Shown: positions 7,166 through 17,062 of the stretch, one piece after another | How positions within the stretch are numbered: the first letter of the stretch is position 1 | Layout of the letters: each line of letters starts with the position of its first letter | Origin: Halieaceae bacterium | GTDB lineage: Bacteria; Pseudomonadota; Gammaproteobacteria; Pseudomonadales; Halieaceae | DNA length: 61,671 bases | Assembly (NCBI GenBank): GCA_023253715.1 | Contig: JALRFH010000186.1 | Coordinates: forward strand, 1 to 61,671 | Direction: 5' to 3' | Program-made: the position numbers and the translations under genes | The notes under the pieces: model-generated | Databases searched by the model: none | What the model saw: the letters and a program-made list of their open reading frames with translations, nothing else | Told to the model about the DNA's origin: nothing

Positions 7166-9250
7166 TCACAAGTCCAGGCCGGCAGTGACACCGAAGGTTC
7201 GTGGTGCGCCGTATTGATAATAGGGTTCGGTTTCATAAAATTTGCGAGGGTCGTTGCCGAAACTGCCAAAGCCCCGGACCGTTACCGTGGCATCGCCCAA
7301 GTTTTTGACCCAAGCCTGCACGAACCACTGGTCGCCCTGATAGCGGACATGGGTATTCAACAACTGAATAGCGCGGGCTTTGGCTTCGTGACGATCGGAA
7401 AAATAATACGCATCGCGTCCCTCGATGCTGGCCCCTAGGGTCCACTTTGGTCTCAGTTGATAATCAAATCCAAGGCTGTATTGATAGCGGGGTGCTTGGG
7501 CTTGATCCCGGCCCGATAGGACTTGCCCATCGGCGTTAACGTAGGTGTCGAACTCTGCCCACAAAAGGCCCACCGCGGCATTGACAGTCAGCGATTCACT
7601 GGCCCGCCATACCAGCTCGGACTCTAACCCGTTATTGGAACCGCTGGCCGCATTGTTCACGTAGTCAATAAAGTTGGTGCTGCCATCTTGTCGGGGTACT
7701 ACTAAGGATCCTTTTACCTGCTGATCATCACGTTCCATCCAAAACAGTGTGTTGAACCAGCTTAAGCCAAGATCGGACCAGATGCTGCGCGATCCAAGCT
7801 CCCAGTTCCAGAGTGTTTCTGCGTCGAACACCTGCTGATTCTGAAGAAGTGCGCTTTGCTCCGGTGTTTCCGCGGTAGGTATCGAGGCCAGTACATTGGT
7901 GTTCACGCCGCCAGCGCGATAGCCTTTGCTCACCGAGAAATAGGCCCTATGGTTATCGTTGACTTGCCACAAGATCGCTAATTTGCCGCCGACAAAATCG
8001 TCGTCCGATTGGTTGTTTAAGGCCTCGGAGTCGCGGTAGCGTGCTTCGCGGTTCTCGTAACGTAGCCCAAGTTGCGCTTGCACGGTATCGTTGACGTCGT
8101 AGTCGATTTGTCCATACAGCGCTCGGTACTCGGTATCGTAATGGCTGGCAAAAGGCGCGGGTAGGTAGGTGTAGTTGCGGTCCAGCGCTTCATTATTATT
8201 GCGACTGTACACACCCAGTAACCAAGCGCCGTTTGCGTTGGTGCGCGACAGTTTGATGTCGATTTCTTGTCCTCGGTACTCCCGTTGGTATCGGTCAAAC
8301 GACGAGTACTCCCAGCCCGGCGCGATGCCTACATAAGACCAGTCTTCATCGTAGCTGTATTCGGTATCACTGCGGCTGTGACTGACTTGAGCGTTGAGCT
8401 GATAATGGCCAAATTCGTGCTGGTGACGCAGCCACAGGGCACGAGTTCTCTGGCGATCTTTACCCGGTTCGTCCGATAAGGTCGTGCGCGTATTATCCAA
8501 TGAGAAAGCGTCAAAACCATTGTCTGCCTTGAGATACAGTAAACCCAAATCGGTTTGGTGATAGTCCGCTTGCCATTGCAATCTCAGGCGAGCTTGTTGT
8601 TCATCGATGTTGTTGGTGTCGGAGCGACCCAAGGTTGCATTTTTTATCCAGCCGTCGCTGGTGTTGCCGCCCAAAGCAAGCCGGTAATTTACCTGGGGCT
8701 GCAAGGGTCCGGTGCTGATCAGTTTCCAGCTCTGGCTACGATAATTGCCCAGGCCAATTTCAATGCGGTGCGCGCTGTCGTGACTGGGCTCAGCCGACTG
8801 GATTGACATCAAGCCGGCAATCGCGTTGGCGCCGTGTAAAGTGCCTTGAGGTCCTCGTAAAACCTCAACTTGCTCAATATCTAGGGTGTTGGCACTTAGA
8901 CCGAGTCCGCTGAAATCCATGCCATCCACTAATAAAGCCACCGAGGGGTTGATGGGTTCCTGATATTGACTGCGCTCACCAATACCGCGAATTTGGAAGT
9001 GGCGGTTGCGAGAGGCGCCACTGGCCGCGTTTAAGTTGGGTATGCTGCGCATGACGTCCTCGATGTGCACGGCGCTTTGCGCGGCAAGTTGTGCGCCAGT
9101 AACCACACTGACACTGGTGGCGGTTTGTGAAATCGAATAATCGCGATGCTCGGCGGTTACGATAATTTCTTCCAGCGGGCTGTCCGCTTTTAGGGGGCTA
9201 GCGATTGCCCACGAGGTTGCGATCACTATCAGGGTGCTGCGGTGTTGCAT
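7166..9250 (-). CDS. TonB-dependent receptor, probable thiamine or precursor uptake
   Basis: Signal peptide, TonB box LEEIIVTA, plug motifs IRGIG and IEQVEVLRGPQGTLHGANA, C-terminal GAPRTFGV; first gene behind the TPP riboswitch. Confidence 0.93.
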   Translation of the reverse strand: MQHRSTLIVIATSWAIASPLKADSPLEEIIVTAEHRDYSISQTATSVSVVTGAQLAAQSAVHIEDVMRSIPNLNAASGASRNRHFQIRGIGERSQYQEPINPSVALLVDGMDFSGLGLSANTLDIEQVEVLRGPQGTLHGANAIAGLMSIQSAEPSHDSAHRIEIGLGNYRSQSWKLISTGPLQPQVNYRLALGGNTSDGWIKNATLGRSDTNNIDEQQARLRLQWQADYHQTDLGLLYLKADNGFDAFSLDNTRTTLSDEPGKDRQRTRALWLRHQHEFGHYQLNAQVSHSRSDTEYSYDEDWSYVGIAPGWEYSSFDRYQREYRGQEIDIKLSRTNANGAWLLGVYSRNNNEALDRNYTYLPAPFASHYDTEYRALYGQIDYDVNDTVQAQLGLRYENREARYRDSEALNNQSDDDFVGGKLAILWQVNDNHRAYFSVSKGYRAGGVNTNVLASIPTAETPEQSALLQNQQVFDAETLWNWELGSRSIWSDLGLSWFNTLFWMERDDQQVKGSLVVPRQDGSTNFIDYVNNAASGSNNGLESELVWRASESLTVNAAVGLLWAEFDTYVNADGQVLSGRDQAQAPRYQYSLGFDYQLRPKWTLGASIEGRDAYYFSDRHEAKARAIQLLNTHVRYQGDQWFVQAWVKNLGDATVTVRGFGSFGNDPRKFYETEPYYQYGAPRTFGVTAGLDL

Positions 9251-9252
9251 TG

Positions 9253-9283
9253 GGTCTCTCCCGTGTTGGTCAAAGAGAGAACC
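9253..9283 (-). promoter_or_regulatory. Probable SD-sequestering hairpin (riboswitch expression platform)
   Basis: Minus-strand GGTTCTCTC can pair (one bulge) with GAGAGACC, which overlaps the GGGAGA RBS just before the ATG at 9250. Confidence 0.55.
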
Positions 9284-9316
9284 GGGAGAAGGAGGTGAGA
9301 AGCTCAGGCTTGTCTA

Positions 9317-9396
9317 CACTTTCCCTACGCCGGTTCTAACCGGATCAGGTTCTAAGGGTTTACCGAAGTATCTCAGGCCGTAGCCACCCCTAAGTC
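9317..9396 (-). ncRNA. TPP (THI-box) riboswitch
   Basis: Minus strand reads ACTTAGGGGTG...CTGAGA...ACCCTTAGAACCTGATCCGGTTAGAACCGGCGTAGGGAAAGT, containing the conserved GGGG, CUGAGA, ACCUGAUC and AGGGAA elements. Confidence 0.95.
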
Positions 9397-9402
9397 GGGC
9401 GA

Positions 9403-9431
9403 ACAATAGGGCTTTTTGGTGGTCTTTGCAA
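9403..9431 (-). promoter_or_regulatory. Sigma70-type promoter for the thiamine operon
   Basis: Minus strand TTGCAA-17 nt-TATTGT, ending about 7 nt before the riboswitch P1. Confidence 0.6.
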
Positions 9432-9461
9432 GATTAGTTTGTCGTCTTAGACGGGATTTAC

Positions 9462-9490
9462 TTGGCCTCAACTACGCTAGGCTCTAGAAT
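9462..9490 (+). promoter_or_regulatory. Sigma70-type promoter for carbonic anhydrase
   Basis: TTGGCC-17 nt-TAGAAT upstream of the ATG at 9517. Confidence 0.45.
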
Positions 9491-9516
9491 ACGCGAGTCA
9501 TTTTTTGGGGAAGCCT

Positions 9517-10182
9517 ATGAGTCGAACCAGTATCACCGAGTTGTTTCGGAACAACAGAGAATGGGCCCGAGAAGTACACGAAGCGGATCCCGAATTTTTT
9601 GCAAAGCTAGCAGCTCAGCAAAGTCCTGAGTATTTGTGGATTGGCTGTTCCGATTCGCGCGTGCCAGCCAACCAAATTGTCGGGCTTCTGCCGGGCGAGG
9701 TCTTCGTTCACCGCAACGTGGCCAATGTGGTAGTCCACACCGATTTTAATTGTTTAACGGTGCTGCAGTACGCCGTAGATGTGCTTAAGGTTAAGCATGT
9801 TTTAGTCGTAGGACACTACAATTGTGGTGGGGTTCGGGCCGCTTATGAAGATGCCGACAACGGATTGATCGACAACTGGCTCCGCAACATCAAGGACGTG
9901 CAGTTCGCGCATCAAGAAAAGTTTGATGCGCTTGACAATGACGACGAAAAAGTCGATCTGTTGTGTGAGCTGAACGTGATGAGTCAAGTGGCGAATGTGT
10001 GCCGCACCACCATCGTTCAGAATGCGTGGGCTCGGGGGCAAGAACTGGATGTGCACGGTTGGATTTATCGGTTAAAAGACGGTTTGTTGCGCGACTTAAA
10101 TTGTTCGGCGAACTCGGTTGATCAGATCCCTGAAATGTACCGTGTGATCTCGAAGCACTCGGATCTGGCAACCTTGTCTTAG
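9517..10182 (+). CDS. can: Beta-class carbonic anhydrase
   Basis: WIGCSDSRVP, GEVFVHRNVAN, GHYNCGG zinc-ligand motifs. Confidence 0.95.
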   Translation: MSRTSITELFRNNREWAREVHEADPEFFAKLAAQQSPEYLWIGCSDSRVPANQIVGLLPGEVFVHRNVANVVVHTDFNCLTVLQYAVDVLKVKHVLVVGHYNCGGVRAAYEDADNGLIDNWLRNIKDVQFAHQEKFDALDNDDEKVDLLCELNVMSQVANVCRTTIVQNAWARGQELDVHGWIYRLKDGLLRDLNCSANSVDQIPEMYRVISKHSDLATLS

Positions 10183-10229
10183 AGGCGATAGACTTCAGCA
10201 AGTCAGGTGCAGGACGCTTAACCGCAAGA

Positions 10230-10263
10230 CTGTCGTCATTTTGTCGTATTTGTTCGATACAGT
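10230..10263 (+). promoter_or_regulatory. Pho-box-like 7-4-7 direct repeat followed by a -10 element, upstream of gspC
   Basis: CTGTCGT-CATT-TTGTCGT (10230-10247; PhoB consensus CTGTCAT-AT-rich 4-CTGTCAY), then TACAGT exactly 10 nt downstream. Confidence 0.5.
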
Positions 10264-10313
10264 GGGGCGTTTAGCGTTACAATCGAGCAACACAGGCGGC
10301 AAGAAACACGATA

Positions 10314-11309
10314 ATGACGAGCGCGCAGTACCCAAAAGCCTTGAATACCCTAGCGACATGGTTGTCTCAGGACCTGGTGTTGGCGCGCTTGCGCATGGTG
10401 TTGATCGCGCTTACCTTGATATGGGTGGCGCTAAACCTAGCGAAGGTCCCCTGGCTGTTTGTGAAAACCAACATCGAGGTGCCCGCGCCCACGGTCGTCG
10501 TCGATGAGGTCGCCACGTCGTCAGTGACGGTCGATATCGACTCTCTGAAAGCCTGGCATCTATTCGGGGAAGCCAATGGCAGTGCGGTCGCAACGGTCGT
10601 CGCCACTCCGGCGATTGGTATCGAGGATGGCGCCAAGGAAACACGCCTTGATCTGGTTTTGGTGGGGGTCTTGGCGGCTCGTAGTGACGGCTTGGGTCAG
10701 GCGATCATTCAATACCGACAAGATCAGGCCATTTATCGAGTCGGCGATGCGCTGCCTGTTAGTGGTCGCGTGTCATTGGCTAAGGTGTTGCCCGATCGCG
10801 TGGTGTTGGACAATAACGGCACCTACGAACTGTTGAAACTTTACGACGAAAGCGCCCTTGCTAAGCGTTTGATGTCGACTGCGAACCCCGCCCCCCGTCA
10901 ACCGGCTCAAGCGCCCAGTGCTGCGCCGACCTCTGTAGCGAGTGATGTCGATGAAGCTGATGCGGCTCGCGCCGAACGGCAAGCGCGCTTGGACGCGAGA
11001 AAACGCGATCGCTACTACGACAACCCTGAATCTTTGTCCGAACTCGTGTCGGTTGCCGCGGTGCGCGACGCCGACGGTCAGTTGGCTGGTTATCGTGTGT
11101 CGCCCGGTCCAAAAGGCGAAGAGTTTCAAGCGCTTGGGTTTCGCCCAGGTGATGTGGTGACCGAGGTCAATGGTTTGAGTTTGTCGGATCCCAGTAATGC
11201 TTTGGTGCTTTACCAGATGTTAAAAAGCGCAACCGAGGCCAATTTTGTTATTCAACGGGGGGGCTCGCAAATGAACCTTACCGTACAAGTGGGCGGCGAT
11301 CGCCCCTGA
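10314..11309 (+). CDS. gspC: T2SS protein GspC with PDZ domain
   Basis: N-terminal TM; HLFG and ETRLDLVLVGV HR domain; C-terminal PDZ GYRVSPG...GFRPGDVVTEVNG; first gene of the gsp cluster. Confidence 0.93.
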   Translation: MTSAQYPKALNTLATWLSQDLVLARLRMVLIALTLIWVALNLAKVPWLFVKTNIEVPAPTVVVDEVATSSVTVDIDSLKAWHLFGEANGSAVATVVATPAIGIEDGAKETRLDLVLVGVLAARSDGLGQAIIQYRQDQAIYRVGDALPVSGRVSLAKVLPDRVVLDNNGTYELLKLYDESALAKRLMSTANPAPRQPAQAPSAAPTSVASDVDEADAARAERQARLDARKRDRYYDNPESLSELVSVAAVRDADGQLAGYRVSPGPKGEEFQALGFRPGDVVTEVNGLSLSDPSNALVLYQMLKSATEANFVIQRGGSQMNLTVQVGGDRP

Positions 11310-11316
11310 TTGATAG

Positions 11317-13344
11317 GTGAAAAGCATGGTAAACCGCAGTTTTCGATTGATGAGTGTCTGTCAGCCCTTTAAGGCACTGGCGCTTGGCGCCAGCCTGAGC
11401 CTGCTGCTTGTCGTTCCTGCGCTCAAGGCTCAGGAATACACGGTGAATTTAAAAGATACCGATATCCAAGAGCTGATCAAGTTTGTCGCAGAAGTCACTG
11501 ACACCACCATCATTGTTGACCCACAGGTGAAGGGTAAGGTCAAGGTGGTGTCGAGCAAGCCAATCAAGACGACGGAGCTGTATAGCCTGTTTTTATCGAT
11601 TTTGGATGTGCATGGCTACACCGCTGTGCGCTCGGGCGATGTGATTCGCATTGTCCAAAACAAAGACGCTCGGTCTAGCCCTGTAGCGGTAACGGATCCA
11701 GCGGATAACGACACCACACCGGCGGGTGAATATGTTACCCAGGTGATTCGACTTGAAAACATCAGCGCGGCGAAGTTAATCCCCGTGTTGCGACCCTTGG
11801 TGCCGCAGCAAGCCCACATGGCCGCTTACACGCCCAGTAACGCAATCGTAATTTCCGATTTGGCGTCAAACATCGCGCGTATTAATGCCTTAATCTCGCA
11901 GATGGACCAATCGGCGATTCAGGAAACCGATATTTTGCCCTTGGAATATGCGGTCGCCGAAGATGTCGTCAAAATGCTCGAGCAGCTGAACAAATCCGAG
12001 GCCGCGCAGGCCGGTGGCGAGGAAACGGTGTTGTTGGTGGCCGATACGCGCACGAATAGCGTGTTGGTGACGGGCGATGAGTTACAAAGAGCGCGTATGC
12101 GCGCCTTAGTCGAGCACCTAGATACCCCCTTACAGCGCGCGGGTAACGTCAAAGTGGTGTATTTGAAATACGCCAAAGCCGCTGATGTGGCGCAAGTCTT
12201 GACGAAAGTGATGCAAAATATTGGACGCTTGGATTCCTCGAAAAGTAAGTCCAGTGGCGGGCATGACGCTACCATTGAGGCCGATGAGGGTACGAACTCC
12301 CTGATCATTACGGCTGATACTGACGAAATGGCAGCGCTTGAATCAGTCATTTATCAACTGGACATTCGTCGTGCGCAGGTACTTGTCGAAGCGATCATTG
12401 TGGAGATGGAAGTCATCGACGGACAGGATTTGGGGCTGCAGTGGTTGTTTGCCAATGATTCAGGTGTTTACGGCAGTAGCGTGTCGTCCGATGTCAGCAC
12501 GGCCGGTGCGATTTCCTCGGCAGTTCTGGGCGGCAATGCCGACGCGGCCAACCCTGTGGGCGACTTTGATTTGGGGCAGCTGGCAGCCGCGTTGGCGGGC
12601 TCGCCTGGTTTGACTTTGGGCTGGGGCGCAGTGGATAACGATCTCTCGATGACGGTTATTCTCAATGCGCTGAAAAAGCAGTCCAATGCTAATATTTTGT
12701 CCACGCCAACCTTGCTGACCTTAGACAATCAGGAAGCCTACATTACGGTGGGTCAGAACGTTCCTTTTGTGACCGGAGCCTACACCAACACGGGAAGCGG
12801 TGGCTCGGGTGTTCAAAATCCTTTTCAAACCATTGAGCGTGAGAATGTCGGTATTACCTTAACGGTAACGCCACACATTAACGATGGTGACTCTGTGGTC
12901 TTAGATATCGAACAAGAGGTCTCTAGCTTGACGGGTTTGTCCTCGATTGCATCGGATTTGATCACCAATGAGCGTAAGATTCAAACCAAAGTGCTTGCCG
13001 GTGATGGCAGAACGGTTGTGCTTGGCGGCTTGATTAAAGACAACGTGCAAGATGGGTCGCAGCGCGTACCGGTGCTGGGTAGTATTCCGCTGTTGGGTCG
13101 CTTATTCCGCAACGATGCGGTCGAGGTGACTAAGACCAACTTACTGATTTTTATCCGCCCGACCATTATTCGCGATGATCAAGCCTTAGATAATGCCACG
13201 GCAGGAAAGTATAAATTCATTCGCGAGCAACAGTTGCAACGCCGAGCGAAAGGCAGCAATTTACTGAATTCTGAGCGGATGCCCGTGTTGCCTGAGTGGC
13301 AAAGTGACATTAAAGCGCTGGACGCGATGCGAGAGCAGCAATGA
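11317..13344 (+). CDS. gspD: T2SS secretin GspD
   Basis: N0-N3 domains; QVLVEAIIVE, NILSTPTLLTLDNQEA, RVPVLGSIPLLGRLF secretin motifs. Confidence 0.96.
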   Translation: MKSMVNRSFRLMSVCQPFKALALGASLSLLLVVPALKAQEYTVNLKDTDIQELIKFVAEVTDTTIIVDPQVKGKVKVVSSKPIKTTELYSLFLSILDVHGYTAVRSGDVIRIVQNKDARSSPVAVTDPADNDTTPAGEYVTQVIRLENISAAKLIPVLRPLVPQQAHMAAYTPSNAIVISDLASNIARINALISQMDQSAIQETDILPLEYAVAEDVVKMLEQLNKSEAAQAGGEETVLLVADTRTNSVLVTGDELQRARMRALVEHLDTPLQRAGNVKVVYLKYAKAADVAQVLTKVMQNIGRLDSSKSKSSGGHDATIEADEGTNSLIITADTDEMAALESVIYQLDIRRAQVLVEAIIVEMEVIDGQDLGLQWLFANDSGVYGSSVSSDVSTAGAISSAVLGGNADAANPVGDFDLGQLAAALAGSPGLTLGWGAVDNDLSMTVILNALKKQSNANILSTPTLLTLDNQEAYITVGQNVPFVTGAYTNTGSGGSGVQNPFQTIERENVGITLTVTPHINDGDSVVLDIEQEVSSLTGLSSIASDLITNERKIQTKVLAGDGRTVVLGGLIKDNVQDGSQRVPVLGSIPLLGRLFRNDAVEVTKTNLLIFIRPTIIRDDQALDNATAGKYKFIREQQLQRRAKGSNLLNSERMPVLPEWQSDIKALDAMREQQ

Positions 13345-14864
13345 GCGAAGCGGTTGCTGCGGCTAATCAACCCAGTGTAGGTGGCGCGCCTGCGCCTTTG
13401 CGTTTGGCTTTTTCCTATGCAAAGCAGGCCGGTGTTGTGTTGCGTTTTGGCGACAATGGCTACGAGTTGTTGAGTGTCGGCAACCCGAAGCTCGAGACAC
13501 TCGCCGAGGTGCAGCGTATTCTCGGTCAGGCATTTAACCTTGTTAAAGTCGACAGTGAGACTTTTCAGCGTGCCTTAACGCAAGCCTACCAGCGCGACAA
13601 TCAAGAAGCTGTGCAAATGGCCGAAGATCTGGGTGCAGACGTGGATTTGTCGCGCTTAGCTGAAGCGATTCCCGAAATGGGTGATTTAATGGACGCTGAA
13701 GACGATGCGCCCATTATTCGTTTGATCAATGCCATTTTGTCACAAGCGGTGCGCGACAAAGCTTCTGATATTCACATCGAGACTTTTGAAGATCGTTTGA
13801 GCGTGCGTTTCCGCGTTGACGGTATTTTGGCCGAGGTGCTGTCGCCTAAACGTTTGCTCGCGCCTTTGTTGGTCAGCCGTTTGAAGGTGATGGCGAAATT
13901 GGATATCGCCGAAAAACGCATCCCTCAAGACGGCCGCATCTCGGTGCGAATTGCGGGCCACGCGATTGATATTCGTATGTCGACCATTCCTTCGGCGCAC
14001 GGTGAACGCGTTGTCTTGCGCTTATTGGATAAAGAAGCGGGGCAGCTGCAGTTGCAACAACTATCGATGCCTCAACAAGTTTTGTCGGGTTACACCGAAG
14101 CCTTAAAACGCCCCTACGGTATTATTTTGGTGACCGGTCCCACCGGCTCGGGAAAAACCACCACCTTGTATGCAGGGTTGACCCACATAAATCAGACTTC
14201 GCGCAATATCATGACCATTGAAGATCCGGTGGAATATATGCTGCCTGGTATTGGTCAGACGCAAGTGAATTCTAAAGTGGACATGACCTTTGCTCGAGGG
14301 CTGCGTGCCATTTTGCGACAAGACCCCGACGTGGTCATGGTCGGCGAGATCCGAGATTTAGAAACCGCTGAAATCGCTGTACAAGCCTCGTTGACGGGGC
14401 ACTTAGTGCTATCGACCTTGCATACGAATACGGCCATTGGTGCTATAACACGCTTGCGCGACATGGGGATTGAAGCGTTTTTACTGTCATCGAGTTTGGT
14501 GGCGGTGATGGCGCAACGTTTGATCCGCTTGCTGTGCCAACAGTGCAAAGAATCGCGTGCCTTGAGCGATGCCGAGCGTAAACTGCTGGGCTTGCCCGAC
14601 GATACGGCAGTAACCCACTTGTATCACCCTAAGGGTTGCAGCGCATGCAATGGCTCGGGGTATAAAGGACGAACGGCCATTTATGAATGGATTGATGTCG
14701 ATCGCACACTGCAAACCTTGATTCACGATGGCGCGAGTGAGCAAGCCATGACGGACGCTATTCGCGCTAAATCGCCCGCTATTTTAGACGATGGTCGGGC
14801 TCGCGTATTAAGTGGCACCACGTCGCTGGAAGAGGTGCTGCGCGTTACCAGCACCATGGGGTAA
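13341..14864 (+). CDS. gspE: T2SS ATPase GspE
   Basis: ASDIHIE, GPTGSGKTTT, ILRQDPDVVMVGEIRD, tetracysteine motif. Confidence 0.96.
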   Translation: MSEAVAAANQPSVGGAPAPLRLAFSYAKQAGVVLRFGDNGYELLSVGNPKLETLAEVQRILGQAFNLVKVDSETFQRALTQAYQRDNQEAVQMAEDLGADVDLSRLAEAIPEMGDLMDAEDDAPIIRLINAILSQAVRDKASDIHIETFEDRLSVRFRVDGILAEVLSPKRLLAPLLVSRLKVMAKLDIAEKRIPQDGRISVRIAGHAIDIRMSTIPSAHGERVVLRLLDKEAGQLQLQQLSMPQQVLSGYTEALKRPYGIILVTGPTGSGKTTTLYAGLTHINQTSRNIMTIEDPVEYMLPGIGQTQVNSKVDMTFARGLRAILRQDPDVVMVGEIRDLETAEIAVQASLTGHLVLSTLHTNTAIGAITRLRDMGIEAFLLSSSLVAVMAQRLIRLLCQQCKESRALSDAERKLLGLPDDTAVTHLYHPKGCSACNGSGYKGRTAIYEWIDVDRTLQTLIHDGASEQAMTDAIRAKSPAILDDGRARVLSGTTSLEEVLRVTSTMG

Positions 14865-14867
14865 CCG

Positions 14868-16091
14868 GTGCCAGCCTTTCGTTACAAAGCCTTAGATGCC
14901 GACGGCAAGCTCGTAAAGGGTTTGTTAGAGGGCGACTCTGATCGTCATGTGCGCTCTTTATTACGTGAACGTTCTTTGCGCCCGGTCGCGATTGATGATG
15001 CGGGTAAAGACGCGCTGAACGATCGCAAATCCCTGATGTCCTTGTTTACCGCGACGAAAGTGTCGACCGGTGATTTGGCCCTAATGACGCGACAACTGGC
15101 GACGTTAATTCAATCGAATATGCCCATTGACGAGAGTTTGCGAGCCGCAGCCGAGCAGTCGCGTAAGCCCAAGCTCAAAGCCTTGTTGTTGCAAGTGCGC
15201 GCGCGAGTTGCCGAGGGTTATACCCTCGCTTACGCCTTGGGTGAGTACCCTAAGGTATTTGATGAAATGTATCGCGCTATGGTGACCGCCGGCGAGCACG
15301 CCGGGTTTTTGGCGCAGGTGCTGATGCAGTTAGCCGATTACACCGAGCAGCGCCAATACACCCAACAGAAGTTAATGATGGCCTTGATTTACCCCTTCAT
15401 CCTTTTGGGGGTGGCCGTTTCAGTGGTGGTGGCTCTTATGGTGTATGTGGTACCCGAACTGGTTGGGATATTTGCACACACACAAACTGACCTTCCGCCT
15501 TTAACCGTGGGTCTGATTACCGTCAGTGAGTTTTTGCAGCATCAAGGTTTATGGCTATTAGTGGCTATTGTCCTTCTGGTCTTTGGCTGGCGGTATTGGC
15601 TTAACCAGCCTGCCAATAAGCGTCGCTGGCATCGAGCCTTACTGACGATTCCCTTTGTGTCTCGTGTGGTCATCGCCATGGATACGGCGCGCTTTGCCTC
15701 AACTTTGAGTATCCTAATGGTCAGTGGTGTTCCCCTATTGGAGGGCTTGCGGATTGCCGGCCAGGTACTCAGCAACTTAGTCCTTCGCGAGGACGCCAGT
15801 GCGGTTGCCCAAGCAGTGGAAGAGGGAGGAAGTTTACACAGAGCGTTGGCGATGAGCGGTCGCTTCCCTCCTATGATGGTGCATATGGTTGCCAGTGGAG
15901 AGGCCAGCGGAGAGTTAGAACAAATGCTCGAGCGCTCAGCCACCAACCAAGAGCGCGAGCTTGAGATGACTATGGGCACGGTGAGTGCCTTGTTTGAACC
16001 ACTGATGGTGGTGTTCATGGGCGGGATGGTATTAACAATTGTGTTGGCGATTTTACTGCCAATTTTTGATTTGAATTCGATGGTGAGGTAG
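14868..16091 (+). CDS. gspF: T2SS inner membrane platform protein GspF
   Basis: TRQLATL, AGEHAG, ALIYP, SGEASGELEQML, ILLPIFDLN. Confidence 0.96.
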   Translation: MPAFRYKALDADGKLVKGLLEGDSDRHVRSLLRERSLRPVAIDDAGKDALNDRKSLMSLFTATKVSTGDLALMTRQLATLIQSNMPIDESLRAAAEQSRKPKLKALLLQVRARVAEGYTLAYALGEYPKVFDEMYRAMVTAGEHAGFLAQVLMQLADYTEQRQYTQQKLMMALIYPFILLGVAVSVVVALMVYVVPELVGIFAHTQTDLPPLTVGLITVSEFLQHQGLWLLVAIVLLVFGWRYWLNQPANKRRWHRALLTIPFVSRVVIAMDTARFASTLSILMVSGVPLLEGLRIAGQVLSNLVLREDASAVAQAVEEGGSLHRALAMSGRFPPMMVHMVASGEASGELEQMLERSATNQERELEMTMGTVSALFEPLMVVFMGGMVLTIVLAILLPIFDLNSMVR

Positions 16092-16094
16092 CGA

Positions 16095-16523
16095 ATGAAA
16101 CAACAAGGTTTTTCTTTAATCGAGATCTTAGTCGTACTGGTTATTATGGGTTTGCTGATTAGCGTCGTTGCGCCCACTGTCTTAAATCGTGCCGATGAAG
16201 CGCGGGTGCAAAAGGTGTACGCCGATTTTAAAGCGATTGAAACCGCGCTTAAAATTTATCGCCTTGATAATTACGTGTATCCCTCGACCGAGCAAGGTTT
16301 AGAAGCTTTGGTGGCGCCTAGTTCGATCGATCCAGAGCCGCGTAATTTTAAAAAGGGTGGTTATTTGCCCGAATTGCCGCTCGATCCCTGGGGGCGCCCG
16401 TATTTGTATTTGCAGCCAGGGGAAAATGGCGAAGTCGATCTCTATTCGTTGGGCGCAGACGGTCTCTCGGGCGGTGAAGAGCAAAACGCCGACATTGGTA
16501 ATTGGACCAAGCCGAACGCCTAA
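16095..16523 (+). CDS. gspG: T2SS major pseudopilin GspG
   Basis: QG/FSLIE prepilin site; YRLDN, QGLEALV, DPWG, SLGADG. Confidence 0.96.
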   Translation: MKQQGFSLIEILVVLVIMGLLISVVAPTVLNRADEARVQKVYADFKAIETALKIYRLDNYVYPSTEQGLEALVAPSSIDPEPRNFKKGGYLPELPLDPWGRPYLYLQPGENGEVDLYSLGADGLSGGEEQNADIGNWTKPNA

Positions 16524-17062
16524 TGCAAGCTCAGCGTCATCGAGGTTTTTCATTAATCGAAATACTGGTCGCAGTCTTCGTGATAGTGATGGTCGCCTCG
16601 GTGGTCATGCTGAACGTGAGCTCGCCGACACGTGACCGTCTAGCGGAGGACGCCGCTCAGCAATTCGCTCGAACCCTGAATTACGCCTTAGAAGAAGCCG
16701 AGTACGCGAACACGGTGTATGGTTTGTTTGCAGAGCGCGAAACCTCTGACGCTGGAGGGATCGCCTTTACCTACAAACGTATTGATGACAACCGCTGGGT
16801 CAGCGTAACGGATACGGTGTTAAGCGTTGTTCTGCGTTTTGATCCCGAACTTGACCTTGAGTTGGAAATAGAGGGCACCGTGGTCGATGTGACCGCACGG
16901 CCCGTTGAGACCGAACAATGGCAGCCTGTGTTACGTTTGCTACCCAGTGGCGAAATGAGCGCGGGTCGCTTAATCATCGAAGACAGCAACGAGGGGGCTC
17001 GATTTTGGCGCGTTGACTGGACAATCTTTGGTGGTGCCAAAGCCACCTTGGAGCAGCCATGA
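16523..17062 (+). CDS. gspH: T2SS minor pseudopilin GspH
   Basis: RG/FSLIE prepilin motif, PSGEMS segment; TAATG coupling with gspG. Confidence 0.88.
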   Translation: MQAQRHRGFSLIEILVAVFVIVMVASVVMLNVSSPTRDRLAEDAAQQFARTLNYALEEAEYANTVYGLFAERETSDAGGIAFTYKRIDDNRWVSVTDTVLSVVLRFDPELDLELEIEGTVVDVTARPVETEQWQPVLRLLPSGEMSAGRLIIEDSNEGARFWRVDWTIFGGAKATLEQP

